From assembly GCA_019058315.1 (NCBI GenBank), contig JAHPZH010000005.1:320601-384600 (forward strand): 64,000 nucleotides of DNA. The letters run 5' to 3'. Below are positions 1 to 10,493 of the stretch, piece after piece. Position numbers and translations under genes: made by a program. How positions within the stretch are numbered: the first letter of the stretch is position 1; each line of letters begins with the position of its first letter. The notes below the pieces were generated by a model that was given only the letters and a program-made list of their open reading frames with translations, was not told where the DNA came from and did not search any database. Source of the stretch: Candidatus Helarchaeota archaeon (GTDB taxonomy: Archaea; Asgardarchaeota; Lokiarchaeia; Helarchaeales; RDOG01).

Positions 1-423
1 GTCCATAATTTAAGAGAAACCACTGAACATAATTGGTTTGGAGAAGGTGATGATATGATTTTTATTGATGGTGATCCAAATCCTACAATTTATGGAACTG
101 GAACAGAGGATTATTTCAATACTGCTTATTGTCCAGAAACAGAATATAATGCCCCTTTTCATGGTATTCCCCTTCCAGGTGGAAAGAATTGGTCGGGAAA
201 AATTTCTTATTATCGATTTCACATTTTGGACCCAATTTATTTTGAAAAGTCAATAAAGGTTACGATCGAACATGGACATGCTAACAGAAGAACGGACGAT
301 ATTTCTACTACTGCGTATTGGTATCAAAAAGAACCCCATAAAAAATTCAAACCCTTATTACCTGCAGAACAAAGAGCTCCTCGTAAAAAACCAAAGGCAA
401 TAAAAAAAATAAAGAAAAAATAA
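1..423 (+). CDS. DUF2961 / glycoside hydrolase family 172-like protein, 3' part (runs off left edge)
   Basis: Frame open from base 1; WFGEGDDMIFIDG...YGTGTEDYF and YRFHILDPIYF..SIKVTIEHG motifs typical of DUF2961. Confidence 0.85.
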   Translation, partial: VHNLRETTEHNWFGEGDDMIFIDGDPNPTIYGTGTEDYFNTAYCPETEYNAPFHGIPLPGGKNWSGKISYYRFHILDPIYFEKSIKVTIEHGHANRRTDDISTTAYWYQKEPHKKFKPLLPAEQRAPRKKPKAIKKIKKK

Positions 424-500
424 TTACATTTTGAAATTATCAATAAAATTTTTTAAAATCTTTTTCTGGTTTATTTCCTTTAAGTTGCCAGTCGCCAAAT

Positions 501-1355
501 TCAATTAATTGTCTGTCCTTTTGCTGCTTGTACAGTATTTTCAAGGAGCATTGCAATAGTCATTGGACCAACTCCGCCGGTTGGTGGAGTAATATAAGAA
601 GATTTTTCTTTTAAATTCTCAAAATCTACATCACCAACGATTTTACCTTCAACTCTTGAAAAACCTGCATCAATAATTATGACACCATCTTTAACCATAT
701 CTTTTTTAATCAAATTCGGCACCCCTGCAGCTGTTATTATGACATCCGCCTTTTGTGTATGTTTTTTTAAATTATCTGTTTTGATATGGCATATAGTAAC
801 TGTTGCATCTCGATTTAATAGCAGCATTGCTAAAGGTCTTCCAATAACAGTACTATGATTAATTATGGTAATATTTTTTCCCTCAAGTGATGGTAAGATT
901 TGTTCTAACAAATATAATATACCTTTAGGGGTACATGGGATAAACCCAGACTCGTCCCTATTAGCTAATTTACCTGCATTTACGGGATTAAAACCATCAA
1001 CATCTTTTTCAGGTTTTATTTTTTCCATTATTCTAAGTTGCTCTAGATGGTCGGGAAGTGGTAATTGGACTAATATACCATGTATTTTATCATTTTCATT
1101 TAATTTCTTAATTGAAGAAAAAACTTCCGCTTCAGTTACATTGTTTGGAAAAACAATTTTTTCGGAATATATCCCAATTTCTTGACAAGCTTTTTCTTTA
1201 AGTCTGACATAGACTTTTGAACCAGGATCATCCCCAATTAAGATGGTTGCAAGACCGGGGATTATATTATGTGTTTTTTTTAAATTTTTTATTTCATTTG
1301 CTAATTCTTTTTTAATTTCATTTGCGGTTTTACTACCATCAATTATAATTCCCAT
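501..1355 (-). CDS. folD: Bifunctional methylenetetrahydrofolate dehydrogenase/cyclohydrolase
   Basis: YVRLK, HGILVQLPLP, KDVDGF, PCTPKG, GGVGPMT motifs. Confidence 0.97.
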   Translation of the reverse strand: MGIIIDGSKTANEIKKELANEIKNLKKTHNIIPGLATILIGDDPGSKVYVRLKEKACQEIGIYSEKIVFPNNVTEAEVFSSIKKLNENDKIHGILVQLPLPDHLEQLRIMEKIKPEKDVDGFNPVNAGKLANRDESGFIPCTPKGILYLLEQILPSLEGKNITIINHSTVIGRPLAMLLLNRDATVTICHIKTDNLKKHTQKADVIITAAGVPNLIKKDMVKDGVIIIDAGFSRVEGKIVGDVDFENLKEKSSYITPPTGGVGPMTIAMLLENTVQAAKGQTIN

Positions 1356-1424
1356 TTTTTCCCCCTTTTCAAAACTATTTGAATATTTTAAAGTGAATAA
1401 AATTAAAAAGAGTGTGTTAAATTT

Positions 1425-2729
1425 TTAATGGATATTTATGTACTGATAGGCTTGGGTTTTTGATTTAAAGCAATATTTGACTTCTTGAAAATCTTTTCGA
1501 AATTCCTTGACAAGTTGTTTTACTGATTTAATATCTTGTTGTTTGATGCAAATTCTTTCAATTAACTCTGCAATATAGTCCATCTCGCTTTCTTTCATCC
1601 CTAAACGAGTAACTTCTGATGTGCCTAATCTTATACCTGAAGGAGTCTTATAACTTCGTTTTTCTTTAATATCTTTAGGAATTAGGTTTCTATTTAAAAT
1701 AATTCCAGCCTGTTCTAGAACCTGTTCAACTTTATCGCCCCACCCAATTGTTTCTGAAAGCTTACTAATATCTGCTACTAGTGTATGAGATTCAGTAAAG
1801 CCCTTCTTTTCCGCCAATACTTCAAATCCGCGTTCATGTAATGCTTGTGCTAAAGCCTTTGCATTTTTTATAACTTGACCATGATATTCTTTTCCAAATT
1901 TTAACATTTCTGTTAATGTAATTGCCAATCCCGCTACATTATGAAGATGATGATTACTTAAAAGTGCTGGAAATGCAGCTAATCGCAATTTTTTGTTAAG
2001 TTCTTCATCCTCAATAGCTAAAACACTTCCATGTTGAGGTCCAGGAAAGGTCTTATGAGTACTGAGAGTAAAGACATCGGATCCTTCTTCCAATGGTTGT
2101 TGAAAATAACCAGATCCTATTAATCCTGCAACATGTGCTCCGTCATACATGGTATATGCACCAACTTCTTTAGCTGCCTCACTAATTTCCTTTACTGGGT
2201 GAGGAAATAGAAATACAGACGCTCCAAAAAGGACTAATTTTGGTTTATATTCTTTTAATTTCTTTATACTTCTATCTATATCCAAATTCATTTCTTCTTC
2301 ATTAAATTCAAAGAAATCAACTTTTAATCCATGAACATTTATAGCTGTACGATTGTGTGAAATGTGACCCCCTTGAGGTATTGGCATCGCCATCATTTTA
2401 TCACCGGGTTTAGTTAGACCGGTATAAACAATTAAGTTTGCAACAACTCCAGAGATAGCTCGAACATCTGCAAACCCTGCTCGCCAATATTTTTTTGCCA
2501 ATTCAATACATTTCAATTCAATTTTATCAATAAATTCGCAGCCAGCATATACTCGGCTACCTGCTACGCCTTCTGCGTATCGGTGAGCCAGATCAGTAAT
2601 TATCGCTTCCCGTACAGCGGGACTGCAAACATTTTCAGAAGCAATTAAAGGAATCGCATTAGCAAACATTTCATGGTGTTTTTTCATTAAATTCCTAATA
2701 TTCTTAAATTCATTTTCTTCCGAGGACAC
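1425..2729 (-). CDS. glyA: Serine hydroxymethyltransferase (archaeal type)
   Basis: LIASEN, RYAEG, GGHISH, YDGAHVAGLI, STHKTFPGP (PLP lysine), SGIRLGT. Confidence 0.97.
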   Translation of the reverse strand: MSSEENEFKNIRNLMKKHHEMFANAIPLIASENVCSPAVREAIITDLAHRYAEGVAGSRVYAGCEFIDKIELKCIELAKKYWRAGFADVRAISGVVANLIVYTGLTKPGDKMMAMPIPQGGHISHNRTAINVHGLKVDFFEFNEEEMNLDIDRSIKKLKEYKPKLVLFGASVFLFPHPVKEISEAAKEVGAYTMYDGAHVAGLIGSGYFQQPLEEGSDVFTLSTHKTFPGPQHGSVLAIEDEELNKKLRLAAFPALLSNHHLHNVAGLAITLTEMLKFGKEYHGQVIKNAKALAQALHERGFEVLAEKKGFTESHTLVADISKLSETIGWGDKVEQVLEQAGIILNRNLIPKDIKEKRSYKTPSGIRLGTSEVTRLGMKESEMDYIAELIERICIKQQDIKSVKQLVKEFRKDFQEVKYCFKSKTQAYQYINIH

Positions 2730-2890
2730 AGAAATTTCACCGTATGATAGTTTTTATTACATTAATTTTTGTATTCTTAATAAAAATTCCTAATGACAAT
2801 TTTTTTATGTAATAAAATTAATTCTCTATCTGCAAGTAAATTGTAATTTTAAATAAAATTTGAAAAGAAATATGAAAGGAGGTCAATAAT

Positions 2891-3136
2891 TTGGCAGATA
2901 CAATTGCATTCATCTTAATTGAAATCGCATCGGGTGAAGAATATAAATTTGTAAATGATGTTCGAGATTTAAAAGAAGTTACAGAGGCTTATATTGTCTA
3001 TGGAGCATGGGATATCATAGTAAGAGTTCAAACAGATAGTATGGGAGAATTAAATGCTGTTGTCCTTCAAATAAGAAAAATGCCGGGCGTGAAACGGTCT
3101 GCGACCTTAATAGCTCTAACTGGAGACAATATTTAA
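2891..3136 (+). CDS. Lrp/AsnC ligand-binding (RAM) domain protein
   Basis: AFILI...VTEAYIVYGAWDIIVRV pattern; GGAGG Shine-Dalgarno upstream of TTG start. Confidence 0.85.
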   Translation: MADTIAFILIEIASGEEYKFVNDVRDLKEVTEAYIVYGAWDIIVRVQTDSMGELNAVVLQIRKMPGVKRSATLIALTGDNI

Positions 3137-3286
3137 AATTCTTTCTTTTTATTCATACTAAAAGATAAAAAAAACAAGTAATAAGGAAAATTATTTTCCA
3201 ATTTTAGATTTATTTAAAAGAGAACAATAATTTAAATAAATAATAATTATCCTTTTATATTAAAGTACAAAATTGGAGTTATTTCC

Positions 3287-3640
3287 ATGGGTAAATCGAA
3301 AAAAAAAGCAAAATCCAAAACGACTAAAAAAGTGAAATCACTTGAATCCCAAGCAAAAAAGAAAAAGTCTTGGGGAGCTAAAGAATCGAAAGGAAAAGAG
3401 AGACTTGAACGTGCTCTACTTATTCCTGAAGATGTACAGGAACAAATCTTAAATGATATACCAAAAATGAAATATATAACTTCAACTCAGCTCTCACTCA
3501 AATATGGTATCAAAATAAGTGTGATAAAGCCTTTTCTTAAAGAATTAGAAGAAAAAGATAGATTAAATCTGGTCCTTGCTAACAGTAGAATAAAAATTTA
3601 TGTTTCAGGAGCTAAGAAAGAGGCTGAGGCTGCAAGTTAA
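3287..3640 (+). CDS. rps25e: Small-subunit ribosomal protein eS25 (S25e)
   Basis: Lys-rich N-terminus, KKKKSW, winged-helix core IPKMKYITSTQLSLKYGIKISVIK..LKELEE. Confidence 0.88.
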   Translation: MGKSKKKAKSKTTKKVKSLESQAKKKKSWGAKESKGKERLERALLIPEDVQEQILNDIPKMKYITSTQLSLKYGIKISVIKPFLKELEEKDRLNLVLANSRIKIYVSGAKKEAEAAS

Positions 3641-3655
3641 GGACTTGTCTAAATA

Positions 3656-4909
3656 CTATTTTTTCGATCCATTAAATTTATGAATCGCATCAAACATTGC
3701 TACGATGTTTTCAGGGGGAACATCGGGTAAAATATTGTGAACGGTACTCCAGATAAATCCACCACCTGGTGAAAATATTTCTAACAATTCAGTCACATGT
3801 TTCTCTACTTCTTTCGGGCTTAAACGATTAATTACATTACGAGTATCTGCACCACCCCCCCAAAATGTAATATCCTCACCGTATTCTTCTTTCAATTCCT
3901 TGGGATCCATGTTCTTAACGTTAATTTGGACTGGATTGAGTATATCAACCCCAACTTCAATTAGATCAGGGATAAATTGTCTAATTGACCCGCAAGAATG
4001 GAAAAATATTTTCATAGAACTGTGTTTTTTGATGTAATCACATATTTCAGCATGTTTTGGTTTGAACATCTTTCGATATAATTTAGGATTAATCAAAGGT
4101 CCTTTATTTTCCCCGAGATCATCCCCAATACGAATTACATCTATAACATCTCCAACATATTTACAAACGAGTGATAGAGATGCGATGTGAAAATCCATAA
4201 GTTTATCGAGAAGTTTTTCAATTTTTGAAGGATTGCTGACCATATCCATTAAATTATTATCTATTCGTCTCAATGTGTGTAACATTTCAAATACACTACA
4301 TCCAAGTTCGATAGTTAAAGCTTTATTTGAAATTTTTTTTAATTCAATTGCATTTTCTCTTAATTTTCGCCAAAATCTTTTTTGTTGTAAATTATCAAAT
4401 GGAGCTGGAACGTGTATAGCCCCAAGATATTTGTTCATAATGGGCATTATGTCTGAAATCTCGTCAGGATAACCTTCTAGAAATGGAAAAGAGCATTGCT
4501 CAAAATAAAATGCACCCTCACTCATTTTAAGAACTACAGTCCCATCTGGAAGAACTACGTCATAGGAATTGTCTTCATTATGCCTAGGATGGAACCGTGC
4601 AGGAAATTGTACTTTATTACCCTTTAAATCAATATCGTACCAATCTTCATCTTTTTTATTATATACCCGACCAATACCCAATACATCAATTTGAAATCGA
4701 TCAATTATAATATCTTCAACTTGGGCTAGTTGTTGCACTATATCAATAATTCGGGTTTTTCCAGTTGTGATACCTAAATATTTTTTTAGATTATTATAAG
4801 CAATTGCATTTATACCTGTAACAAGTGTGCTTCCCAAATCTATCGGAATTTTGTCTGGTTCTTTATGGTTTATTGCTGCAAGTACTCGTTCTCTTGAGTT
4901 CATTCTCAC
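3656..4909 (-). CDS. Uroporphyrinogen decarboxylase superfamily (MtaA/CmuA-like) methyltransferase
   Basis: MNSRERVLAAINHKEPDKIPID, GDDLG, FHSCG, DILNPVQ, FWGGG.DT, HNILPDVPPEN. Confidence 0.88.
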   Translation of the reverse strand: MRMNSRERVLAAINHKEPDKIPIDLGSTLVTGINAIAYNNLKKYLGITTGKTRIIDIVQQLAQVEDIIIDRFQIDVLGIGRVYNKKDEDWYDIDLKGNKVQFPARFHPRHNEDNSYDVVLPDGTVVLKMSEGAFYFEQCSFPFLEGYPDEISDIMPIMNKYLGAIHVPAPFDNLQQKRFWRKLRENAIELKKISNKALTIELGCSVFEMLHTLRRIDNNLMDMVSNPSKIEKLLDKLMDFHIASLSLVCKYVGDVIDVIRIGDDLGENKGPLINPKLYRKMFKPKHAEICDYIKKHSSMKIFFHSCGSIRQFIPDLIEVGVDILNPVQINVKNMDPKELKEEYGEDITFWGGGADTRNVINRLSPKEVEKHVTELLEIFSPGGGFIWSTVHNILPDVPPENIVAMFDAIHKFNGSKK

Positions 4910-5032
4910 AATTCTCCAATGGATTATAATAGTAGATTATAAATAGTTGAATCTATATTATAATAATCTAGAGTTAAATTAAAATCTAATTAAGATTTTT
5001 GGGGTTTTCTACCCAGACATTTACAAATATAA

Positions 5033-6331
5033 TTATGTTAATGATTTGAGGAATAATTTGAGTTTTCGTTTAACTTCCCTTCCTGTAACTGGTCTGGAAT
5101 CAACACAATCTACTTCAAAATTCAGGCATGGAATACCCAATTCTGCTTCAATAATTTCCTTCATCAAGGTGGCTATTGCGTGGGAGTGTTTACAGCCTAA
5201 ATGTCCGCCGTAAATTGCACAATCTGCCTTGTATTCTTTACCAATCCGAAGTAAATCATCAATGTAATATTCCGCAGGTCCTCTGGACTGTCTCCCCATC
5301 GGAACGTCTAAAATTTGTCTTGCTAACCCCTCAAAGATTGTATCATCATTACTCATATTTATAGGTTTACTAATTGTATAACCCAACATATCCATAACGG
5401 ATACAGCTCCGAATTTCCGCTCCATCCATTCAAATAGAAGAGGATCGAAGAATAAAGGAAGATACATCCACAGAACACGAATCTTTTCTTCTAAACCCCG
5501 GGATTGCAAAGCCCCGCGTTTTTCTTTAACTCGTTTCTTAGCCACATCTCGTTTGAATCTAGCATATTCAATAGGTCTGGGCAATCCCCCTGAAGTCAAT
5601 AACATGCTATAATTGTTTAGGGCTGCCCCAGATGGAAGAGGAGCTGGGATAGCCTTCATTAATTCCATTGCTTCCAAAATAAGTTCACGAGTTTTGTTAG
5701 AATTTTGTACTGTTTCAATAAAGTGATCATGATCCATTCTATGATTAATTCTCTCCTCTAACCATAGAACCAAATTTTTTAATTGTTGTGCAACATATGG
5801 AATGGTATTGGGATTATAGTGTTTATCTTCGGGATCGTGGGACCAATATGGAATATCAACAGTGAAGAATGGAGATTTTCCATAAATCTCTTTTAAAACT
5901 TGATATTGTGAATTCGTTGAATCGCAAGGTTGGCTCCCATAAATTACATAGTTTGGTACTGGAGCTTCCCCTACCATACTAGCTCCTATCCATACTTTTT
6001 GGGCATTGCATTGAGCACTATCGATCCCTCCTTCTTCTGCTATATCGATATATCTTAGGACCTCTTTGGACATAGCTATAGCAACTGAGCCGATCTCCTG
6101 GCACATCGGATAGCAGTCCATTGCATATATTATCTCTGGAGGGAAACAAAAATTCGTCATTACTGCTCTATGTTCTTTTTTAGCAACACGAAGGTTCTTA
6201 TAATAATTATAGTTAATATCTGCAAACTGCATGCCGGGGGATTGCTTTTTCGAACCTTTCACAAGGTTCATTGCCGTTTCGTAAGTATTTATAATTCTAT
6301 CCCATAAAAAGAATTGTGTTTCGTTCTCCAA
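5033..6331 (-). CDS. 2-hydroxyacyl-CoA dehydratase / benzoyl-CoA reductase family subunit (alpha/BzdO-like), paralog 1
   Basis: QCNAQK, SQPCDS, GHLGCKH, C-terminal EVDCVDSR. Confidence 0.85.
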   Translation of the reverse strand: MENETQFFLWDRIINTYETAMNLVKGSKKQSPGMQFADINYNYYKNLRVAKKEHRAVMTNFCFPPEIIYAMDCYPMCQEIGSVAIAMSKEVLRYIDIAEEGGIDSAQCNAQKVWIGASMVGEAPVPNYVIYGSQPCDSTNSQYQVLKEIYGKSPFFTVDIPYWSHDPEDKHYNPNTIPYVAQQLKNLVLWLEERINHRMDHDHFIETVQNSNKTRELILEAMELMKAIPAPLPSGAALNNYSMLLTSGGLPRPIEYARFKRDVAKKRVKEKRGALQSRGLEEKIRVLWMYLPLFFDPLLFEWMERKFGAVSVMDMLGYTISKPINMSNDDTIFEGLARQILDVPMGRQSRGPAEYYIDDLLRIGKEYKADCAIYGGHLGCKHSHAIATLMKEIIEAELGIPCLNFEVDCVDSRPVTGREVKRKLKLFLKSLT

Positions 6332-6457
6332 TTTGATTACCCAATAATTTGCCTCTATATTTCCTCCCTATAAATTAAAAAGGGATTATTAAGTAAATTG
6401 TATATACGAATATAAAAAAGTATGTTTTTAAGCTAATTAGAATATTTTTTTCTAATT

Positions 6458-7759
6458 TCATACTACAGATTTTAAAAACAGTTTCAATTTTCGTTTGACT
6501 TCGCGGGCTGTAACGGGTCTTGAATCGATACAGTCAACTTCAAAGGTTAGGCATGGAATACCTATTTCTTTTTCAATAACTTCCTTCATTAAAACTGCCA
6601 TTGCGTGGCTGTGTTTACAACCCATATGTCCCGAGTAGATCGCACAATCTGCCTTATATTCTTTACCAATTCGAAGTAAATCGTCAATATAAAACTCAGA
6701 CGGACCTCTAGATTGACGACCCATGGGGGTATCAAGAATTTGTTTAGCCAATCCCTCAAAAATTGTTTCATCGTTTTTCATATTTATAGGTTGGCTCATA
6801 GTGTAGCCCATCATATCCATTACACAGACGGCACCAAACTTTCGCTCCATCCACTCAAATAGAAGAGGATCGAAGAATATAGGAAGATACATCCACATAA
6901 CACGTATCTTTTCTTCTAAACCTCGGGTTTCCAAAGCTCCTGTCTTTTGCTTAACTCTTTCTTTTGCCAAATCTCGCATAAACTCAGCATAATCAATAGG
7001 TCCTGGCAACCCTCCTGAGGTTAATAGAACACTATAATTATTAAGTGCAGACATAGACGGCAGCGGGGCAGGAACAGCTTTCATTAATTCCATTCCTTCT
7101 AATATAAGTTCACGTGTTTTATTCGAATTTTCAACTGTTTTTATAAAGTGATCATGTTCCATCTGACGATCCGTTCTCTCTTCCATCCATGAGACAAGAT
7201 TTTTTAATTGTTTTGCGATATATGGGGTTGTTTCAGGATCATAATATTTATTACCGGGTTCATAAGACCAGTAGGGGACATCTATTGTGAAAACGGGAGC
7301 TTTGGTATAAATTTCCTTAAGAACTTGATATTGAGAATTTGTTGAATCACAAGGTTGACTTCCATAAATAATATAATCGGGATAAGGTGCTTCTCCTACC
7401 ATACTTGCTCCGATCCATACTTTTTGGGCATTACACTGAGCTTTATCAATACCTCTTTCTTCAGCTATATCAATATATCTTAATCCTGCATTTGCAATAG
7501 ATAGAGCGACACTCCCTATTTCCTGACACATAGGATAGCAGTCTATCGCATAAACTAATTCTGGAGGAAAGCAAAAATTTGTCATAATGACTGGTTTATG
7601 CTCTTTCTTAGCCTTACGAAGTTCTTTATAATAATTAAAGGACATATTTGCAAACTTTGAAGCGGGTCGTTCCTCATCCATACTGTCAATAAGCTGTAAT
7701 GCCATTTCATAAAGCTGTAATATTCGATCCCATAATATAAATTGTTTTTCATTCTCCAT
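6458..7759 (-). CDS. 2-hydroxyacyl-CoA dehydratase family subunit (alpha-like), paralog 2
   Basis: Close paralog of 5033..6331 with the same Cys motifs. Confidence 0.85.
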   Translation of the reverse strand: MENEKQFILWDRILQLYEMALQLIDSMDEERPASKFANMSFNYYKELRKAKKEHKPVIMTNFCFPPELVYAIDCYPMCQEIGSVALSIANAGLRYIDIAEERGIDKAQCNAQKVWIGASMVGEAPYPDYIIYGSQPCDSTNSQYQVLKEIYTKAPVFTIDVPYWSYEPGNKYYDPETTPYIAKQLKNLVSWMEERTDRQMEHDHFIKTVENSNKTRELILEGMELMKAVPAPLPSMSALNNYSVLLTSGGLPGPIDYAEFMRDLAKERVKQKTGALETRGLEEKIRVMWMYLPIFFDPLLFEWMERKFGAVCVMDMMGYTMSQPINMKNDETIFEGLAKQILDTPMGRQSRGPSEFYIDDLLRIGKEYKADCAIYSGHMGCKHSHAMAVLMKEVIEKEIGIPCLTFEVDCIDSRPVTAREVKRKLKLFLKSVV

Positions 7760-7832
7760 TTGAAAAACCTCTTAATTTAACCCTTTATAATTCCAACTCT
7801 TTGTAATTAATTAAATTAGAAATAAAAAAATT

Positions 7833-9167
7833 TTAAACTATATTAGTTAGGAACGTTTTAAGACGATTTTTTATCGTTTTTGAATCCACAACTCTTCCAT
7901 CCATTGTATCTAGCTCGAATGTAAGAAATGGGATATCAGTTTCTTTTTTAACTTCTTCTGCCATTAGAGATGCGACAGCCCAACTGTGCTTACAGCCAAC
8001 ATGACCACCCCAGATACAACAATCCCCCTTGAATTCTTTAATTAACCAGATAATATCATCAAGGTAAAATTCCATTGGACCCCGAGATTGACGAGCCATG
8101 GGCATTTCCAATACAACCTTTCCTAAATCATTGTAAATACGTTCTTCTGAACTTGTATCTACAGGTCTAGCCATTTGTAAGCCGAGCATATCCATAACTA
8201 CCGTTGCTCCGAACTTACGTTCCATCCAATCAAAAATATAAGGATCGAAGAAGATCGGAATGTATACCCAAATTATCCGGATTTTCTCTTCCTTTCCTCT
8301 TAAAGCCAAAGCACCTTGCTTCTTTTTTACCCTTTCCTTTGCGGTTTCCAAAGTCCATTTACAATAATTAAGTGGACTCTCAGTACCAGCAGCAGCTAAC
8401 AACACCATATAATTTGTAAAGGCTGTTAAACCTGGTAATGGTGCAGGAACTGCTTTCATTAATTCTGTTGCTTCAAGAATCCATTCTCTGGCTTGATTGG
8501 AGAGTTCTACTGTCTTTTTCAGATTTTCAAATTCCATTTTATGACCCGTTTGTTGTTCTAACCATTGAACCATGTTTTTGAGTTGCTTTCCGAAATACGG
8601 AATAACTTCGGGATCATAAAATTTGTTACCTTCTTCATAAGTCCAATAGGGCGTATCTAACGTGTATGTCGGTCTTTTATAAATATCTTGGATTACTTGA
8701 TATTGGATGTTAGTAGAATCACAAGGTTGTGAAGCGTAAACGATTAAATCTGGATCTGGGGCTTCATTAACCATGGCAGCACCCATCCAAGTTTTTTGAG
8801 CATTACATTGAGCTCTATCAATTCCCTTTTCTTCAGCTATGTCAATATATCTTAAATTTGAACCTGCCACTGCAATAGCAACTGAACCAGCTTCCTGACA
8901 AAGGGGGTATATATCCATTGCATAAAATAATTCTGGTGGGACACAAAAATTATACATGACTACTGGTCGACCTGTTTCCCTAGCTTTATAATAACCCATA
9001 CTATAATCATACATAACGTATAGGAATTCCGTATTTCCCATAAAACCTTGTTTAATCTTTGTCGCTTCATCCATAGTATCTGCCATATCTTTACCCATTT
9101 TCCAAAAGCCGGAAAATGTGTCCCATAATAAGTTTTTATTATCTTTTTCTACTGAATCCTCAGTCAT
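7833..9167 (-). CDS. 2-hydroxyacyl-CoA dehydratase family subunit (alpha-like), paralog 3
   Basis: QCNAQK, SQPCDS, GHVGCKH, ELDTMDGR; overlaps the beta-subunit stop (ATGA). Confidence 0.85.
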   Translation of the reverse strand: MTEDSVEKDNKNLLWDTFSGFWKMGKDMADTMDEATKIKQGFMGNTEFLYVMYDYSMGYYKARETGRPVVMYNFCVPPELFYAMDIYPLCQEAGSVAIAVAGSNLRYIDIAEEKGIDRAQCNAQKTWMGAAMVNEAPDPDLIVYASQPCDSTNIQYQVIQDIYKRPTYTLDTPYWTYEEGNKFYDPEVIPYFGKQLKNMVQWLEQQTGHKMEFENLKKTVELSNQAREWILEATELMKAVPAPLPGLTAFTNYMVLLAAAGTESPLNYCKWTLETAKERVKKKQGALALRGKEEKIRIIWVYIPIFFDPYIFDWMERKFGATVVMDMLGLQMARPVDTSSEERIYNDLGKVVLEMPMARQSRGPMEFYLDDIIWLIKEFKGDCCIWGGHVGCKHSWAVASLMAEEVKKETDIPFLTFELDTMDGRVVDSKTIKNRLKTFLTNIV

Positions 9168-10297
9168 TCTAACACTTCCAAAAATGCTTGGACTCTTGTT
9201 TTCATCTGACCTATTCCGCTTGTAACATATTCTCGTTCAAGATCTAAAATGGGAACACCGAGTTCTTTGAATCTTTTTTGAGTCATATACCGTTCACCAG
9301 TCCAAAAGTCGCAGAATTTCATATTTTCGAAAACTACACCGTCAATATGAAAATTTTTAATCATATCAAGCATAAATTTTTCACGAACTTTGAAATCTCC
9401 ACCAGCATCTATCATTCTGGGGCATGGACTTTTCGTTAGATATTTAATAGCAAGATTTTCTATGGGATCTTGAGAAGTATCAGGCATATCCCAGAAATAT
9501 CGAGTGCCAAAGCATAGGGAATCGGTCACAACCAATCCCCCTAAATCTTCAATGATTTTTACATAATCAGGTTCATCTAAAATACTACCAATTAGCATGA
9601 GACGTGGTTTTCCCACGATGTTTTCTCTATTTGGAAGTTCCTTCAAAAATTGGCTAAGCATTTCATTAAAATCCTCTTTAGGAATCGCTGTCGCCGCTGT
9701 GGTTATATTTAGAGCTTCAGTACCGCTAATTCTTGGTGCTTCTGTCTTTCTAGTTTCATATAATTTGCTTAAGAGAGCTCGAGTCTCATTATATAATTTT
9801 GTTGAAGATTTGATTTTATCTTCAGTAATTTGAACTTTGAAATGTTTTTCTAAACTCTCTTTTAAAGTTTTAATTTCTTTTATGAACCATTTTATAGCTA
9901 AATCATCAGTATGATGTGGAATGCTTAGAAAATGCATGTATTGAGTGGATTTAACTTTATATTTCCAATTATCGTACATTCGCCTCATATGGTCACATGA
10001 ATTGAATGCCACTAAACCATCAGAAAAATTAAATCCATCTGTTAATGCTTTATCTAAAATATAACGTGCAGATGAACAATTTAATCTTGATAATAATCCA
10101 TCTGCATGTGTAGTATCAGTATGTCCACGAGCAGAAATGCGATAGGGAAGAATACCTCCAGCATGAATGATTTCATCCGGAATATAACAACAAAAATAAC
10201 CAATTACTTTTTTTCCATCTTTTTTCCATTTAGTTATCCATGGATTAGGTAAAGGACTGGCAGCAGATTCAAATTTTTTCATTAATTCCTCAGACAA
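9164..10297 (-). CDS. 2-hydroxyacyl-CoA dehydratase family subunit (beta/BzdN-like), copy 1
   Basis: WKKDGKKVIGYFCCYIPDEIIHAGG, SCDHMRR, DSLCFGTR, KFCD, GQMKTRVQAFLE. Confidence 0.88.
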   Translation of the reverse strand: MSEELMKKFESAASPLPNPWITKWKKDGKKVIGYFCCYIPDEIIHAGGILPYRISARGHTDTTHADGLLSRLNCSSARYILDKALTDGFNFSDGLVAFNSCDHMRRMYDNWKYKVKSTQYMHFLSIPHHTDDLAIKWFIKEIKTLKESLEKHFKVQITEDKIKSSTKLYNETRALLSKLYETRKTEAPRISGTEALNITTAATAIPKEDFNEMLSQFLKELPNRENIVGKPRLMLIGSILDEPDYVKIIEDLGGLVVTDSLCFGTRYFWDMPDTSQDPIENLAIKYLTKSPCPRMIDAGGDFKVREKFMLDMIKNFHIDGVVFENMKFCDFWTGERYMTQKRFKELGVPILDLEREYVTSGIGQMKTRVQAFLEVLE

Positions 10298-10493
10298 ATA
10301 AATTCACCATATTCTAAAATTCACTCATATTTATAACACTATTATACTTAGAAATTGAAATTATAAAATCTTCTTTAATTATCACACTTGAACAATTTAT
10401 CTAACGGGCTTTAATTAGGAATTTGTCTCAAATTAAAAAACAATTCCAAGAATTAATGGATTTTTAAAAAGAGAATGAAAAAATAAAAAAGAG